From Heteronotia binoei (taxonomy: Eukaryota), in contig NC_083233.1 of the NCBI RefSeq assembly GCF_032191835.1, positions 56,668,001 through 56,732,000 on the forward strand: a stretch of DNA of 64,000 nt, written 5' to 3'. The position numbers and the translations under genes were made by a program. Positions within the stretch are counted from its first letter, which is position 1. Each line of letters begins with the position of its first letter. Below the pieces are notes generated by a model. That model was not told where the DNA came from. It did no database searches and saw only the letters and a program-made list of their open reading frames with translations. Of this stretch, positions 1 to 11,246 are shown in pieces.

Positions 1-1339
1 CCTTCTGGACCAGCATCCTGTTTCCTACAATCTCCTGCCAAATTCTGTCTACTGCATTTTAACCACATGCTTTATCCAAGTTGCCCAGGACACCATACCT
101 GGATCCCTACTCCTTCATTTTAGGTTCACAACAATCCTGAGAGGTAGTTTAGGCTAAGAAATGATGACTGGCCCAGAGTCACTCAGAGTAGAACCCAGGT
201 CTCCCCATTTCTGGCTGAACACCCTTTGAGTGCAGATGATACACCCATTTCACTGAACCCAAGTGTGTCAGGACTTTGGTGGAAGACACATAAACATTGC
301 TTTGAGTTTTGCAGTGCAAAAGACATATAAGAAAGAAAGAAACAACCACTTTTGCCCTGTTAGCTCTCTTTTGAAAAGGACGTCTGGGAAACGGGGCATG
401 ACGTTAAGACCATTCTCCATTTTTATTTTTTTGTCCGTGGTGTCTGATAGTTAGAAATAGACTGCTTCTGCACATGGAGGTTCCACTGACTCAGCCAACC
501 GCAGCTGAAATAGCAGTTGATCAATTCCACCTCCATCAATCTGCTTCTTTTTCAAGCCAACTAAGGCAGTGGCTGTGCCCTTCCCCACCCCCCTCCGCAG
601 CAAAAGAGTCTGTAAGTTTAAACCTCTTAAAGTACTCACTGTGTGGAAAAAAAACTAGGGATGCCACCCTCTAGGTAGCACCTGGAGATCTCCTGCTATT
701 ACAATTGATCTCCAGACAACCAAGATGCATTCCCTTGGAGAAAATGGCAGCTTTGGAAGGTTGACACTATGGCATTAAGCCCTGCTAAAGTAACTTCCCA
801 AACCCCAGCCTCCCCCCCCCCCAAAAAAAAACTCCAGGTATTTTCAATCCAGAGTTGGCAACTTCCTGAATTTACCACCCTTCAACTTCAACAGGTGCCC
901 CTGAATTCCAGTTATTCGGGAGAGGAAGGAGAAAAGTTTGCTCTCCGCTTTCTCCATCCCATGCATCATTTTAGAAATCTATATAGCCTTGGAAATAAAA
1001 AGACTCCCCCAGCAGATATTCTACCACTGATCCACAGCCCCTTTTATTCCTCAGGCGAATCCTTCAGGTTTTCTTATGGGGAAGGTACTCGAATTCCTTG
1101 GTAATTTTAGCGCCACGGGGTTGGGAGATCCTGAGGTAGCAGGGGTTGACGCTGGGTAGGGGGTGGCTCCTAAAACTCTTCCAGGGGATCCCCAGAGCCC
1201 TTGCCACAAGGCAGGCCAGTAACAGAACGGTAGGGCTGTTGGGGCGGGGGAAGGGTAATAGAGAGAGCGACCCATCCCCAAAGGAGTCCCGGCTCGCCCC
1301 TTCTCAAACCGTGCGATACCTAAAGCGAATCCACTGAAG

Positions 1340-2200
1340 TCAGCGGGCTTGGAAAGGCGCAACTCTGTTCGGGACTGCAGCGAAAATCTGGTCGGCCCCC
1401 TCCAGTTGACGGCACTGAACCCGCGGACGGGACCCCCCGCCCACCCCGCTCAGTGGAAATGGGATGTGGTCGAGGGAGCCCTCAAGGCAAAGAGGCATCC
1501 CTCCCACCCACCACCCCGTCGGGGCCGGAGCACAGGCTGGCTTGGGAAACTGGACGGCGCCTGCCTGGGGAACACCCCCCACCCCCCGGGGCACTCACAC
1601 GTCCTTGGCCGGCAGGTCCTTCGCCTCCACCACGCGGAAGTGCAGCGAGGTGTTCCTGGCCATGCTGCTGCGCCCAGCTGGCTCCGCTCACCGGCGGTCC
1701 GCGGGATTCATGAGCGCGGGAGCCTCGACGGCGAGGCAGCCCACTGGCCACCGCTGCCTCCTCCTCCTGCCTTGGCGGCAGCCGCGACTCCGAATGGCTC
1801 CGGCGGGCTTGTGCAGCAGCAACAGGTCCCGAAGGGCGCACGCCGGGAAAGTCTCCAAGCAAGGCAGGCACGCAGGCGAACCGGTCCGCCCAGGTGGCGG
1901 CGATCCTCGTCGAGTCAACCAGCCCGGCTCCCTTGCTTCGCTGTGCTGCTCACCGCGTGCCGGGCGCTCTCCGGCGGCCTCGGAGGCGGCGATAGGTGGC
2001 CCGGGCGAACGAGTGGAATCGGGCGCCTCCTGGCGGCCGCCGGGCGAACCTGCCTGTCTCCGACCGCGCTTCTCGAGGGGTCTTGTCGTTCTCCAGCCAC
2101 GCCTGTCCGTCAACGAGGTGGGCTCCAACGAGGAGACTTCGGGTCCCCTCCCCAACCTGCAGTTCCCAGGATACTTCGGGCGGGGGGAGGGGGCGTGACG
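1340..2200 (-). promoter_or_regulatory. CpG island / RASAL1 promoter and 5' UTR
   Basis: Very GC- and CpG-rich stretch around the RASAL1 ATG, within otherwise CpG-depleted DNA. Confidence 0.75.
1599..1663 (-). CDS. RASAL1: RAS protein activator-like 1, first coding exon (gene continues left of the window)
   Basis: Minus strand reads MARNTSLHFRVVEAKDLPAKDV, then a GTGAGT donor at 1598. This resembles the C2A-domain start of RASAL1 (human MAKSSSLNVRVVEGRALPAKDV). It lies in a CpG island and is syntenic with CFAP73/DDX54/RITA1. Confidence 0.88.
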
Positions 2201-2692
2201 ACTACAATGGAATGGAATGGAATGGATGTCCTGTGATGTGGTTTCAAAGCGATATTTGCAAAAGGCCAAGGTAAGACCCTGGTGGCATGTTATTTATTTA
2301 TTTGTACTCGCTTTTCTCCTTGGCAGAGGTCCAAAGCAGCTTGAATCTTCATCCTTTCTGACTCCGTTTTTATCCTGGCAGGTGAGAGGGAGTGACGGCC
2401 AAAGGTCACCCACAGAGCTTCTATGGCAGAATAGAGATTCGAACCACAGAGATCACTTCCCTGGAGAGATAAGGCTGAGTTCGAGAATGGGCTCTATGGC
2501 ATTCTACCCCGCTGAGGCCCCAACCCCATTGTCTTCAGTTGCCACTGACAAATCTCCAGGAATTCCCCAACCAGGAGTTGCCAAGCCTAACTACACCACA
2601 TTGGCACAATTGAACACGAAGCTGCCTGGCCTATCAATGTCAATCTTCTAAATCCTGGCAGGGGCTGTCCAGAGTCTCAAGTCAAGGTCAGA

Positions 2693-2953
2693 TGGCGTAG
2701 TGGTCAAGTGGGTGGACTCTTATCTGGGAGAACCAGGTTTGATTCCCCACTCCTCCACTTGCAGCTGCTGGAATGGACTTGGATCAGCCATAGCTCTCCC
2801 AGAGCTGTCCTTGAAAGGGCAGCTTCTGTGAGAGCTCTTTCAACCCCACCCACCTCACAGGGTGTCTGTTGTGGGGGAGGAAGATAAAGGAGATTGTGAG
2901 CCACTCTGAGATTTGGAGTGGAGGGCAGGGTGTAAATCCTATATCTTCTTCTT
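2693..2953 (+). mobile_element. tRNA-derived gecko-type SINE
   Basis: A/B-box-like head (tggcgtagtgg...ggtttgattcccc), shared body and (TCT)n tail. The same family occurs at 16236, 17938, 32948, 43545 and 50132. Confidence 0.8.
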
Positions 2954-4517
2954 TGACATCATCATCCACTACCTGTTCCAACCACTGGGGATTGAACTGG
3001 GGACCTTCTGCATGCCAAGTGAATGCTGTGCTGCTGAGGTGGGATGCTAGCTGGCTGACATCTGAGCTTTGCAGGACCAAGGCTCCAGCCGAAGTAAACA
3101 GGAAAGGTAGGGCCAGCGAGAAAAGTCTGTTACATCTTCCCATGACAGGTTCAGCAGTACATACAAGAACTGAAAGGTTAGCCTAGGCAGGGCTGTTGTG
3201 TGGGCTTGTTCTGCTAGATGCAGAGCCAGTCACACCTGCTGGCCATAAAGCCAGCGTTTCCCTGGTGTGTGACAGACAGCCCTTGTGCTTGGCAATGCAG
3301 CATGTATACCTCAGTCCCTTTTCTCCAGCGTCAAGATCTAATTTTGGTACTCGACTCCCCACCCTGCAAAAGAAACTTAGAAAGATGCAAGTTTCAGCAA
3401 TAGGTCTCTGGTGCCTTGTGTTGTTTGCCCATTAAATAATGGTGACCCTTAGTGGGGGCTGCATCCAGGCTAATGTTTCCAGCAATGGGAAGCTCCCAAA
3501 GAAGCCATACATGGAAAGCCTTAGCTTTCCCCTGTTGTCTAGCCTTGCCATTTGATAATGTAGGTGCACTGCCTCTAAACATGGAGGATCCATTTAGTGT
3601 CCAAGACAAATTGTGTTTTCTAGGTCTCTTACCCTCACCCATTCTTGCTAGATAGAGGAGACAGGGAGACCAAACAGTTGCACCCCAAGCATGTTTTAGG
3701 ACAGCACTGTGCCAGGAGAAGTAAATAAATTAAATGTTCCCATGAGCACAAAGTACCCATTTGTAAAGGGAGGTGCCTACTGAGTCTCTGTATGAGTCTG
3801 CAGTGGGCACGCCGCATTCCAGCCAGGAGAGATGCCCAGAATGATGACTCACACAAAACCTCAGAGGATGTACTTTTGTCCCTTTGCATGTGGAAGCATA
3901 ACAATGAATGTACCAGCAGGGAGGGTGTTGGTGATGCTTTACAGAGTCTCCCACAAAGGCCTGCTTTGGGAAGCACAGAAAAAAGGCATTTTCTGTTTCA
4001 GTCCTTTGAAACTAGAGATGACAGGAAGAAAGGGAATGAAAATCCACAGATGTGCCTTGTGAAAATCTGACAAACATTTCTTCATTCCTCTAAAGGCAGC
4101 AGGTCAGGTGACACTTTGGGCTGTTTGAATTTACTGTTTGTTTTTGCTTTGTTTTTGCAGGTAGGACAGCAGATAGCAAAACAGATGTGGTGCTGTGGGA
4201 CATGGTGTTTTGGATCACTGTTAGGGCATGTTTATTTTACCTCTATAAAAAGTATTCCTTCTGCTTTCTATTTAATTCTCATAGCAATCTGCAGTTGAAA
4301 ACAATAGAAACAATCAAACGAAAGCACGGTCCCACACAACCAGTGGAAAAAACAGCCCTACAGAATTTTAACAATTCAGCAGCTGAAGCCAGACCAGAAG
4401 AAAAGACAAAGTTTTGAACTGCCTTCTGGAAGACAACAAAGAAGGGGTCATACTGTGAAATTCTTGATCATTAAAGCTTCAATTCCTCATTCCTACACAT
4501 TACACCTCTATTCAAGA

Positions 4518-5002
4518 GGAAAGGAAAGGAAGGAAAGGTCCTCTGTGCAAGCACCAGTCATTTCCGACTCTGGGGTGACGTTGCTTTCACAACGTTTTCA
4601 TGGCAGGCTTTTTACAGGGTGGTTTGCCATTGCCAGCGACCCCGTGGTACAGAGTGGTAAAGCAGCAGTACTGTAGTACTGTGGTCTGAACTCTCTGCTC
4701 ACGACCTGAGTTTGATTCCTGCAGAAGCTGGATTCAGGTAGCCAGCCCAAGGATGACTCAGCCTTCCATCTTTTCGAGGTTGGTAAAATGAGTACCCAGC
4801 TTGCTGGAGGGAAAGTGTAAAAGACTGGGGAAGGCAATGGCAAAACTACCCCGTAAAAAGTCTGCCATAAAAACGTCGTGAAAGCATCATCCCAGAGTCG
4901 GAAGTGACTGGTGCTTGCACAGGGGATCTTTCCTTTTCCTTGCCATTGCCTTCCCCAGTCTATTACACTTTCCCCCCAGCAAGCTGGGTACTCATTTTAC
5001 CG
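4518..5002 (-). mobile_element. 5'-truncated Sauria SINE, interrupted by a second Sauria SINE
   Basis: 4518-4634 and 4940-5002 are the reverse complement of the Sauria SINE 3' half (ggtaaaatgagtacccagc...ggcaatggcaaaccacc...tttcctttcc). Confidence 0.8.
4635..4939 (+). mobile_element. Full-length Sauria SINE with 11-bp TSD
   Basis: tRNA-like head, BovB-related 3' tail and tttcc terminal repeats. TTGCCATTGCC is duplicated at 4624-4634 and 4940-4950. Confidence 0.85.
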
Positions 5003-5095
5003 TTCAAGTCACAAAAGTCAGTGCAAAGCCGTAAACTGCCATCTTTTTTCTTCCTGAACAACACCGGGGTGGTGTGGGGGGATTTGGCAGGTTGT
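5003..5095 (-). pseudogene. Ty3/Gypsy reverse transcriptase fragment
   Basis: Minus-strand translation PAKSPHTTPVLFRKKKDGSLRLCTDFCDLN matches the Gypsy RT N-terminal motif (PSxSPxxxPVLFVxKKDGSLRLCxDYRxLN). Confidence 0.75.
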
Positions 5096-7361
5096 GTGAG
5101 GAAGGCAGTAATGGGATACAATCTCAAAAATAACAGAATGATCTCGGTCTGTATCCAAGACAAACTATTCAATATCACAGTAATACAAGTCTATGCCCCA
5201 ACCACTGATGCAGAAGAGGCTGAAGTGGACCAGTTCTATGAAGATCTACAACACCTTCTAGAATTAATACCAAAAAAAGATGTCCTCCTCATCATAGGGG
5301 ACTGGAATGCCAAAGTAGGTGACCGGAACAACTGACAAGTTTGGCCTTGGAGAACAAAATTAAGCTGGGCAAAGGCGAATAGAGTTTTGTCAAGAGAACA
5401 AGCTGGTCATAGTGAACACACTCTTCCAACAACCTAAAAGGCAACTCTACACGTGGACATCACCTGATGGGCAACACAGAAATCAGATTGATTATATACT
5501 TTGCAGTCAAAGGTGGAGAAGCTCCTTACAGTCAGCAAAAACAAGAACTGGAGCTGACTGCAGCTCAGATCATGAGCTATTCATTGCAAAATTCAGGTTT
5601 AAACTGAAGAAAACTGGGGAAGCCATTAGGCCATTCAGGTTTGACCTTGACCACATCCCTTATGAATATACAGTGGAGGTGAAGAATAGGTTTAAGGAAA
5701 TAGAGTTGATAGAGTGCCTGAAGAACTATGGACGGATGTTCGTGATATTGTACAGAAGGCAGCAATCAGCACCATCCCAAATAAAAAGAAATGCAAGAAA
5801 GCAAAGTGGCTATCTGATGAGGCTTTACAAATAGCTGAGGAAAGAAGGAAAGCGAAAGGCAAAGGTGAAAAGGAAAGATTCACCCAGCTGAATGCGGATT
5901 TCCAGAGAACAGCAAGGAGAGATAAGGAGGCCTTCCTGAGGGAACAATGCAAAGCAATAGAGGAAAATAATAGAATGGGAAGGACAAGAGATCTATTCAA
6001 GAAAATTGGAGAAATCAAGGGAATATTTTGTGCAAAGATGGCCATGATAAAGGACAAAAATGGTAGGGACCTAACAGAAGCAGAAGAGATCAGGAAAAAA
6101 TGGCAAGAATACACAGAAGAATTATACAAGAAGAATCTCAATGTCCCGAGCAACCATGACACTGAAATGGATGACCTTGAGCCAGACATCCTGGAGAGTG
6201 AAGTCAAACGGGCTTTAGAAAGCATTACTAACAACAAAGCGAGTGGAGATGATGGTATCCTAGTTGAGCTATTCAAAGTCCTAAAAGATGATGCCGTTAA
6301 AGAGATGCACACATTATGTCAACAAATTTGGAAAACACAACAGTGGCCACAGGATTGGAAAAGATCGGTTTATATTTCAATCCCAAAGAAGGGTAATGCC
6401 AAGGAATGTTCAAACTATCGCACCATTGCACTCATTTCACATGCCAGCAAGGCCATGTTAAAGATCCTACAAGCTAGGCTTCAGCAGTATGTAGATCGGG
6501 AACTACCAGAAGTTCAAGCTGAGTTTCGGAGAGGTAGAGGAACTAGAGATCAAATTGCCAACATTTGATGGATTATGGCGAAAGCACAGGAGTATCAGCA
6601 AAATGTCTATTTCTGCTTCATTGACTGTGCTAAAGCCTTTGATTGTGTGGATCACAGCAAACTGTGGCAAGTCCTTAAAGAGATGGGAGTACCAGACCAC
6701 CTCAAATGTCTCCTGAGAAACCTGTATAAGGGTCAAGAAGCAACTGTCAGAATGGAATATGGAACTACTGATTGGTTTAGAATAGGAAAAGGAGTTCGAC
6801 AAGTATGTATATTGTCACCTTGCTTATTTAATTTATATGCAGAGTACATCATGCACAATGCTGGCCTGGAAGAAGCACAAGCCAGAATTAAGATTTCCAG
6901 GAAAAACATCAACAACCTCAGATATGCAGATGACACTAATGGCAGAAAATGAGGAGGACCTAAAGAACCTCTTGTTGAGGGTGAAAGAGGAAAGCACAAA
7001 AGTAGGCTTGAAACTCAACATCAAAAAAACTAAGATCATGGCATTTGGCCCCATCAAACCTTGGCAAATAGAAGGGGAAGACATGGAAGTAGTGACAGAC
7101 ATCATATTTCTGGGATCCAAGATCACTGCAGATGGTGACTGTAGCCATGAAATTAAATGACGTTTGCTCCTTGGGAGGACAGCTATGGCGAACCTGGGCA
7201 GTATAATAAAAAGTAGAGACATCACCCTGCCAACAAAAGTCCGTATAGTCAAAGCGATGGTATTATGTATGGCTGTGAGAGCTGGACCATAAGGAAGGCC
7301 AAGCACAGAAGAATATATGCTTTTGAGATGTGGTGCTGGAGAAGAATCTTGAGAGTCCCTT
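5095..7361 (+). mobile_element. BovB / RTE-clade LINE, truncated at both ends and frameshifted (APE endonuclease C-terminal part plus RT)
   Basis: ORF pieces 4904-5335 (VYAPTT, GDWNAKVG), 5412-5834 (NQIDYIL, SDHEL), 5714-6568, 6575-6952 (LRYADDT) and 6837-7160. Several stops and frameshifts are present. Confidence 0.93.
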
Positions 7362-7980
7362 GCTGGCCGAGGTTCTGCATTTCTTGGATCATGAAGGTGT
7401 GCATGGCTTGCATCTCCTCACGGAGTTGACCAGTTTGGGCGGCTAAGGCTTCTTGTACCCATTTTGCGGTCACATCCTCGGACCCACCAGCCCGGGGGTC
7501 CTCTCCCCGACTCTCATCGCCCTGGAATCTCCATGGGTGATAGGAGCGTTGCAGCCCTGAGTGTCAGTGGTACTGCGGGGGTTCCTCTCTCAGATCTCCG
7601 ATAATACTCTCCTGGAAATCCATGGAGCCCCAGTCCTTTTTGCATACTGTTACAGTGATCGGGGTGACCTGAGGCCCTTCAGGCTTCGGTTCTTCCTCCC
7701 CGTCTGGCTTGGTAATCCCTGTAGCCTGGTCCTGTTCACCAGCCATCGTGAGTCTGGGATTAGGCTAGGCAGACAAGTAGAGTTCAAGATCTTTATTTCA
7801 GCTTCGTGGGCATATACATGCGTTGTCAGAACTGACAAGCCTGCCAGTTCCTCCAATTTATAAACCTTTGCCCGGACCGTTATAATTCAAGCCAAAGCGC
7901 GCCAAGCTAAAGCGGGGGTTTTGTGCGGGGTTTCTACTAAGCTCTTGTCACCACAGGTGTCGTTATCAGTTCTCGGGTCA
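7362..7980 (-). mobile_element. Probable Gypsy LTR-retrotransposon 5' part (LTR-like region plus gag N-terminus)
   Basis: ORFs 7564-7746 and 7249-7473 are in the same minus-strand frame, separated by one stop, with a coiled-coil-like stretch (TAKWVQEALAAQTGQLREEMQAM). Upstream DNA has TATA-like and AATAAA motifs. Orientation matches the RT fragment at 5003. Boundaries are uncertain. Confidence 0.45.
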
Positions 7981-9010
7981 CATCTTCTCCTGTTCATGGC
8001 CTTGGTTACATAGCAACTAGCCAGCTCCCAAACATACCATCCTCTCTTCAGATAAGCAGCAAGCAGCAACTATATCAACGCAGCATAGCTAGCACAAGCA
8101 CAGTATTGTATAACTGGATACATGTGGCAAGAGGAACAAGATGGAGTGACTCTTGAAAGTACCTTTCTTAACTGTGGAATGCTGAGAGCAATTATCTGAG
8201 GCCACTGAAGAGCCACAGGAGAGGCTGATGGCTGCAAGACACATGCCTTGTAGGAACTAAACCAATCTTCTTTTAGAAGCAAGAAGCCTGGATGGTTTTC
8301 CTAAAGTTTGGCAGCCACCCACTACAATTAAGAGTGCCACGAACGATGAGTGAAAAATGGATGCCGTCTGGAGAACAAACAGGATGCTCGCCACCTCATT
8401 TCCTGCTCCTGAGTAACCATCAGAGGCGTATCCAGAATTGAAATCCTCACTTCTTCTGAACAGTCAAGCCTTGTTGCGTAAGCAAAGCACAGCCTCACAA
8501 CAAGGCAATCTCATTGCCAGCTGGGGTGTGAATTTGACAAAGGGACAAGGGTTTAATTTTTTTTTCTTTTGCTAGAGTTCAGAACTCCACCATCCCCCTT
8601 CAGAAAAACAGGCAACAGTGGTATTGGCGCTAGAATCTGACTGCCTATGAATCTTAACTTTCATTTAAACAAACAAACAAACCTCTAGCTGTGCGGAGCC
8701 TGTTTGGGAAATATGTGGGCAGCACCCAGACAATTCTCTCAAGCTAGAGGAGATGTTGAACAAGATGTTCAGTGGTTAGTTCGGTGGATGTTCAGACCCG
8801 GCAGGGTTTCAGGGCTCTGGAGAGATCTGGGTAACCCCCCCTTGATCAGCCAAAGCAGGGTGAATTATACAGACCAGTAGAAACGACAGAATAAATTATG
8901 CAAAATAAGAGCAATCAGCTGGGTGGGTTAATCCATGTCACATGTAGAGGAGGGGTTCAGCCTGTATTGTTGTAGAGTTTTATCAACAGGTATGTCTATC
9001 AGCCTTCACC

Positions 9011-9215
9011 TGAGTAGCCCAGACTAGCCCAATTTTGTCAGATCTTGGAAACTAAGCAGGGTCAACCCTGGTCAGTACTTGGATGGAAGACCACTGAGAA
9101 AGTCCAGGGCTGGCATACAAAGGCAGGCAATGATAAACCACCCTTTCTTAGCTTGAAAATTCTAAATTGTTGCTATAAGTTAGTGATGACTTGGTGGCAA
9201 GTCAAACATTTTTAC
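9011..9215 (+). mobile_element. 5S rRNA-derived SINE
   Basis: Head resembles 5S rRNA (gatcttggaaactaagcagggtc...agtacttggatgg), followed by a Sauria-like ggcaatg..aaaccacc tail. Confidence 0.75.
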
Positions 9216-10099
9216 GCCCCCTACAAATCTCAACGATAAAAAAAAATCAACAGCACTGGGGTTGTCTTGGCTCAGAATTTTCTTATTACTCTGCTGTGGA
9301 ACAGCATGTTGTTTTTGTTGCTTTTCACTCGTCTACTTCTGTGTTGCTATTTATCTGCTCACCTGCAGCTTCATTATAACCACAGGCAGATATTTCCTAT
9401 TCTAAGCATGTGCATTCCCCCGCTTTTCCCTCTCTTATGATACCCACAGTTTTGGAAGATGCAGACATGGTTCTGATTTTGATGCCAACAAAACTGCGAT
9501 ATGATTGGCTATTGTTATGTATGTGACTTAAAGTACTTCCTGCCGGCTCATTGGAGCCAGGAAAGCAGAGCTTGGGGACTGTATCACAATGGGTAGTGGG
9601 ATCCAAATACCTGCCACCCTGCAGCTATCACAGACCCCTGCCTGTTTGAATGAACCAATAGCAAGCTAGCATGGGAGATTAGAGTTGTATATAGGTTTGG
9701 CCCACAGGCCCTTAGTCAGTCTTTGTTGGAGCAGCCTACACCATGCTTTTCCTAACAAAGAGCTGTCCTCACTATGATCTCGTCTCTGCAATGCTTTGAA
9801 CCCACTATATTACAGCTATCACAAAGGGTTGCCAACAGAACTGGAGGAAATTGCTCTTTTAAAAAATAAAGGCTTAATGTGTGGGAAAGGGCAGTTGAAG
9901 CTTTTCATTGCATGGAGCTAATTAACATCCCATTAAGCCTCTTTAAAATTGACAGGGCATTTTTTTTTCACCCAGGCCAATTGGCAACCAGATACACACA
10001 ACCTCAAAGACTGCTTTTGCTGACCACAGCTTGAACCTGATGTCCCAAAGACAAAGCAGCATTAGTAATTGGTGCTTTACTGCCGTGTATTTCCCGGTC

Positions 10100-10288
10100 C
10101 TGATTGGATGGCCCAGGCAAGCCAAGCAGGGTCAACCCCAGTTAGTAGTTGGATGGCAGACCTCCAAGGACATCCAGGGTTGCTATGCAGAGGCTGGCAA
10201 CTGCAAGCCACCTCTGAACATCTCTTGCCAATGAAAACCCTATTCGGTCACCATAAGTCAGCTATGACTTGATGGCACTTTCCACCAC
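10100..10288 (+). mobile_element. 5S rRNA-derived SINE
   Basis: Same family as the copy at 9011. Confidence 0.7.
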
Positions 10289-11075
10289 TAACACATCGTC
10301 CACAAAAAGCAAAGGGAAAGGTGGGTTTCAGAGCATCTGAATTAGGAAATCTCAGATTGTGTTCCATTTTTCCTGTTACACAATGAGATATGCATTTACC
10401 CCCAAATGGAATGGATTTCAGCCTAGGATTGCAAACCAGCAGGTGTCCCATTTGGGTGCTCACTAGGATCCGCCCGTTGAACCAATATTTTTGCAATCAC
10501 ACATCAATATTTTAACCATATACTTTATTGCTGTATCTAGAAATGAAATACATCATTGGTGTGAAGTACGTAAGTTACATCCTGACCGCTGGGTGGAATA
10601 TGATATGGAACTGGTTTATTATTTTTATCGGCTGTTCATTGTGCTTCACCTATAGTCCAGATTTTAGTTGTTTGGTTCTTATTTGCATTTTATTTTTGGT
10701 GCTTCATTGCTGGTTTATTCTGTGGGGTATAAAATGCTGCACCCCAACAGCAAGTAACAAACAAACCCCTCGCCCCCTTTCCAGTTTCTTTGTAAGGCTC
10801 CTGTGTATTTTGCGCATGAACAGAAACTCGCCTATTGCAATGGTCGGGAAACATTATGCTTCTGCTTCCTAACGTAGGCAATAAAACAAAAATCTTAGGG
10901 ATTCCCGCAACCCACCCAGTTCCACCCACCCTCTTGGATGCAGTAAAAAAATGAAAAGGTTTTTCCAAGCATCGCTACCCCTGCTCCTCTGCCCCTCCCC
11001 TGCAGCCCCATCCACATGTACGCATACATGCTGCAAAAAGAAAACTTTCCAGCTCTTGAAAAGCCTCTTGGACGC

Positions 11076-11120
11076 GTGACCATGGCAACAGAACGTTGTG
11101 CTGCCAGTCTCCGTAGCAAC
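11076..11120 (+). promoter_or_regulatory. Two tandem RFX X-box motifs in the CFAP73 promoter
   Basis: GTGACCATGGCAAC (11076-11089) and GTCTCCGTAGCAAC (11107-11120) fit the X-box consensus GTNRCC-N(0-3)-RGYAAC. They lie about 130-170 bp upstream of the ATG in a CpG-rich promoter. Confidence 0.65.
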
Positions 11121-11246
11121 GGGCAGGCGGGGCTCGCGCGGCTTCTGTGGGAAAGGTTAGCAAGCTGTCGGCTGCTTCGGACCTTTGCAACAAGCTGGAC
11201 GGGGGCGGGGGGAGGGGTGAGAAGGTGGCGCTTTGGCTGCGGAGCG

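Noticed and set aside
2205-2225. (GGAAT)n run upstream of RASAL1
   Set aside because: Only about four units; an ordinary microsatellite.
1349-2269. Long overlapping ORFs on both strands (up to 295 aa)
   Set aside because: They lie in the RASAL1 CpG island, where stops are rare. The translations are low-complexity R/P/G/A with no recognisable domain.
9011-9110. 5S rRNA gene
   Set aside because: The 5' end is diverged, the copies are dispersed, and each continues into a SINE tail.
10528-10872. Hydrophobic 114-aa ORF
   Set aside because: It arises from T-rich intergenic sequence, probably starts at a non-ATG codon, and has no splice or domain support.
11016-11246. 77-aa in-frame N-terminal extension of CFAP73
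   Set aside because: It overlaps the X-box promoter region and shows no family similarity. The ATG at 11247 aligns with the known N-terminus.
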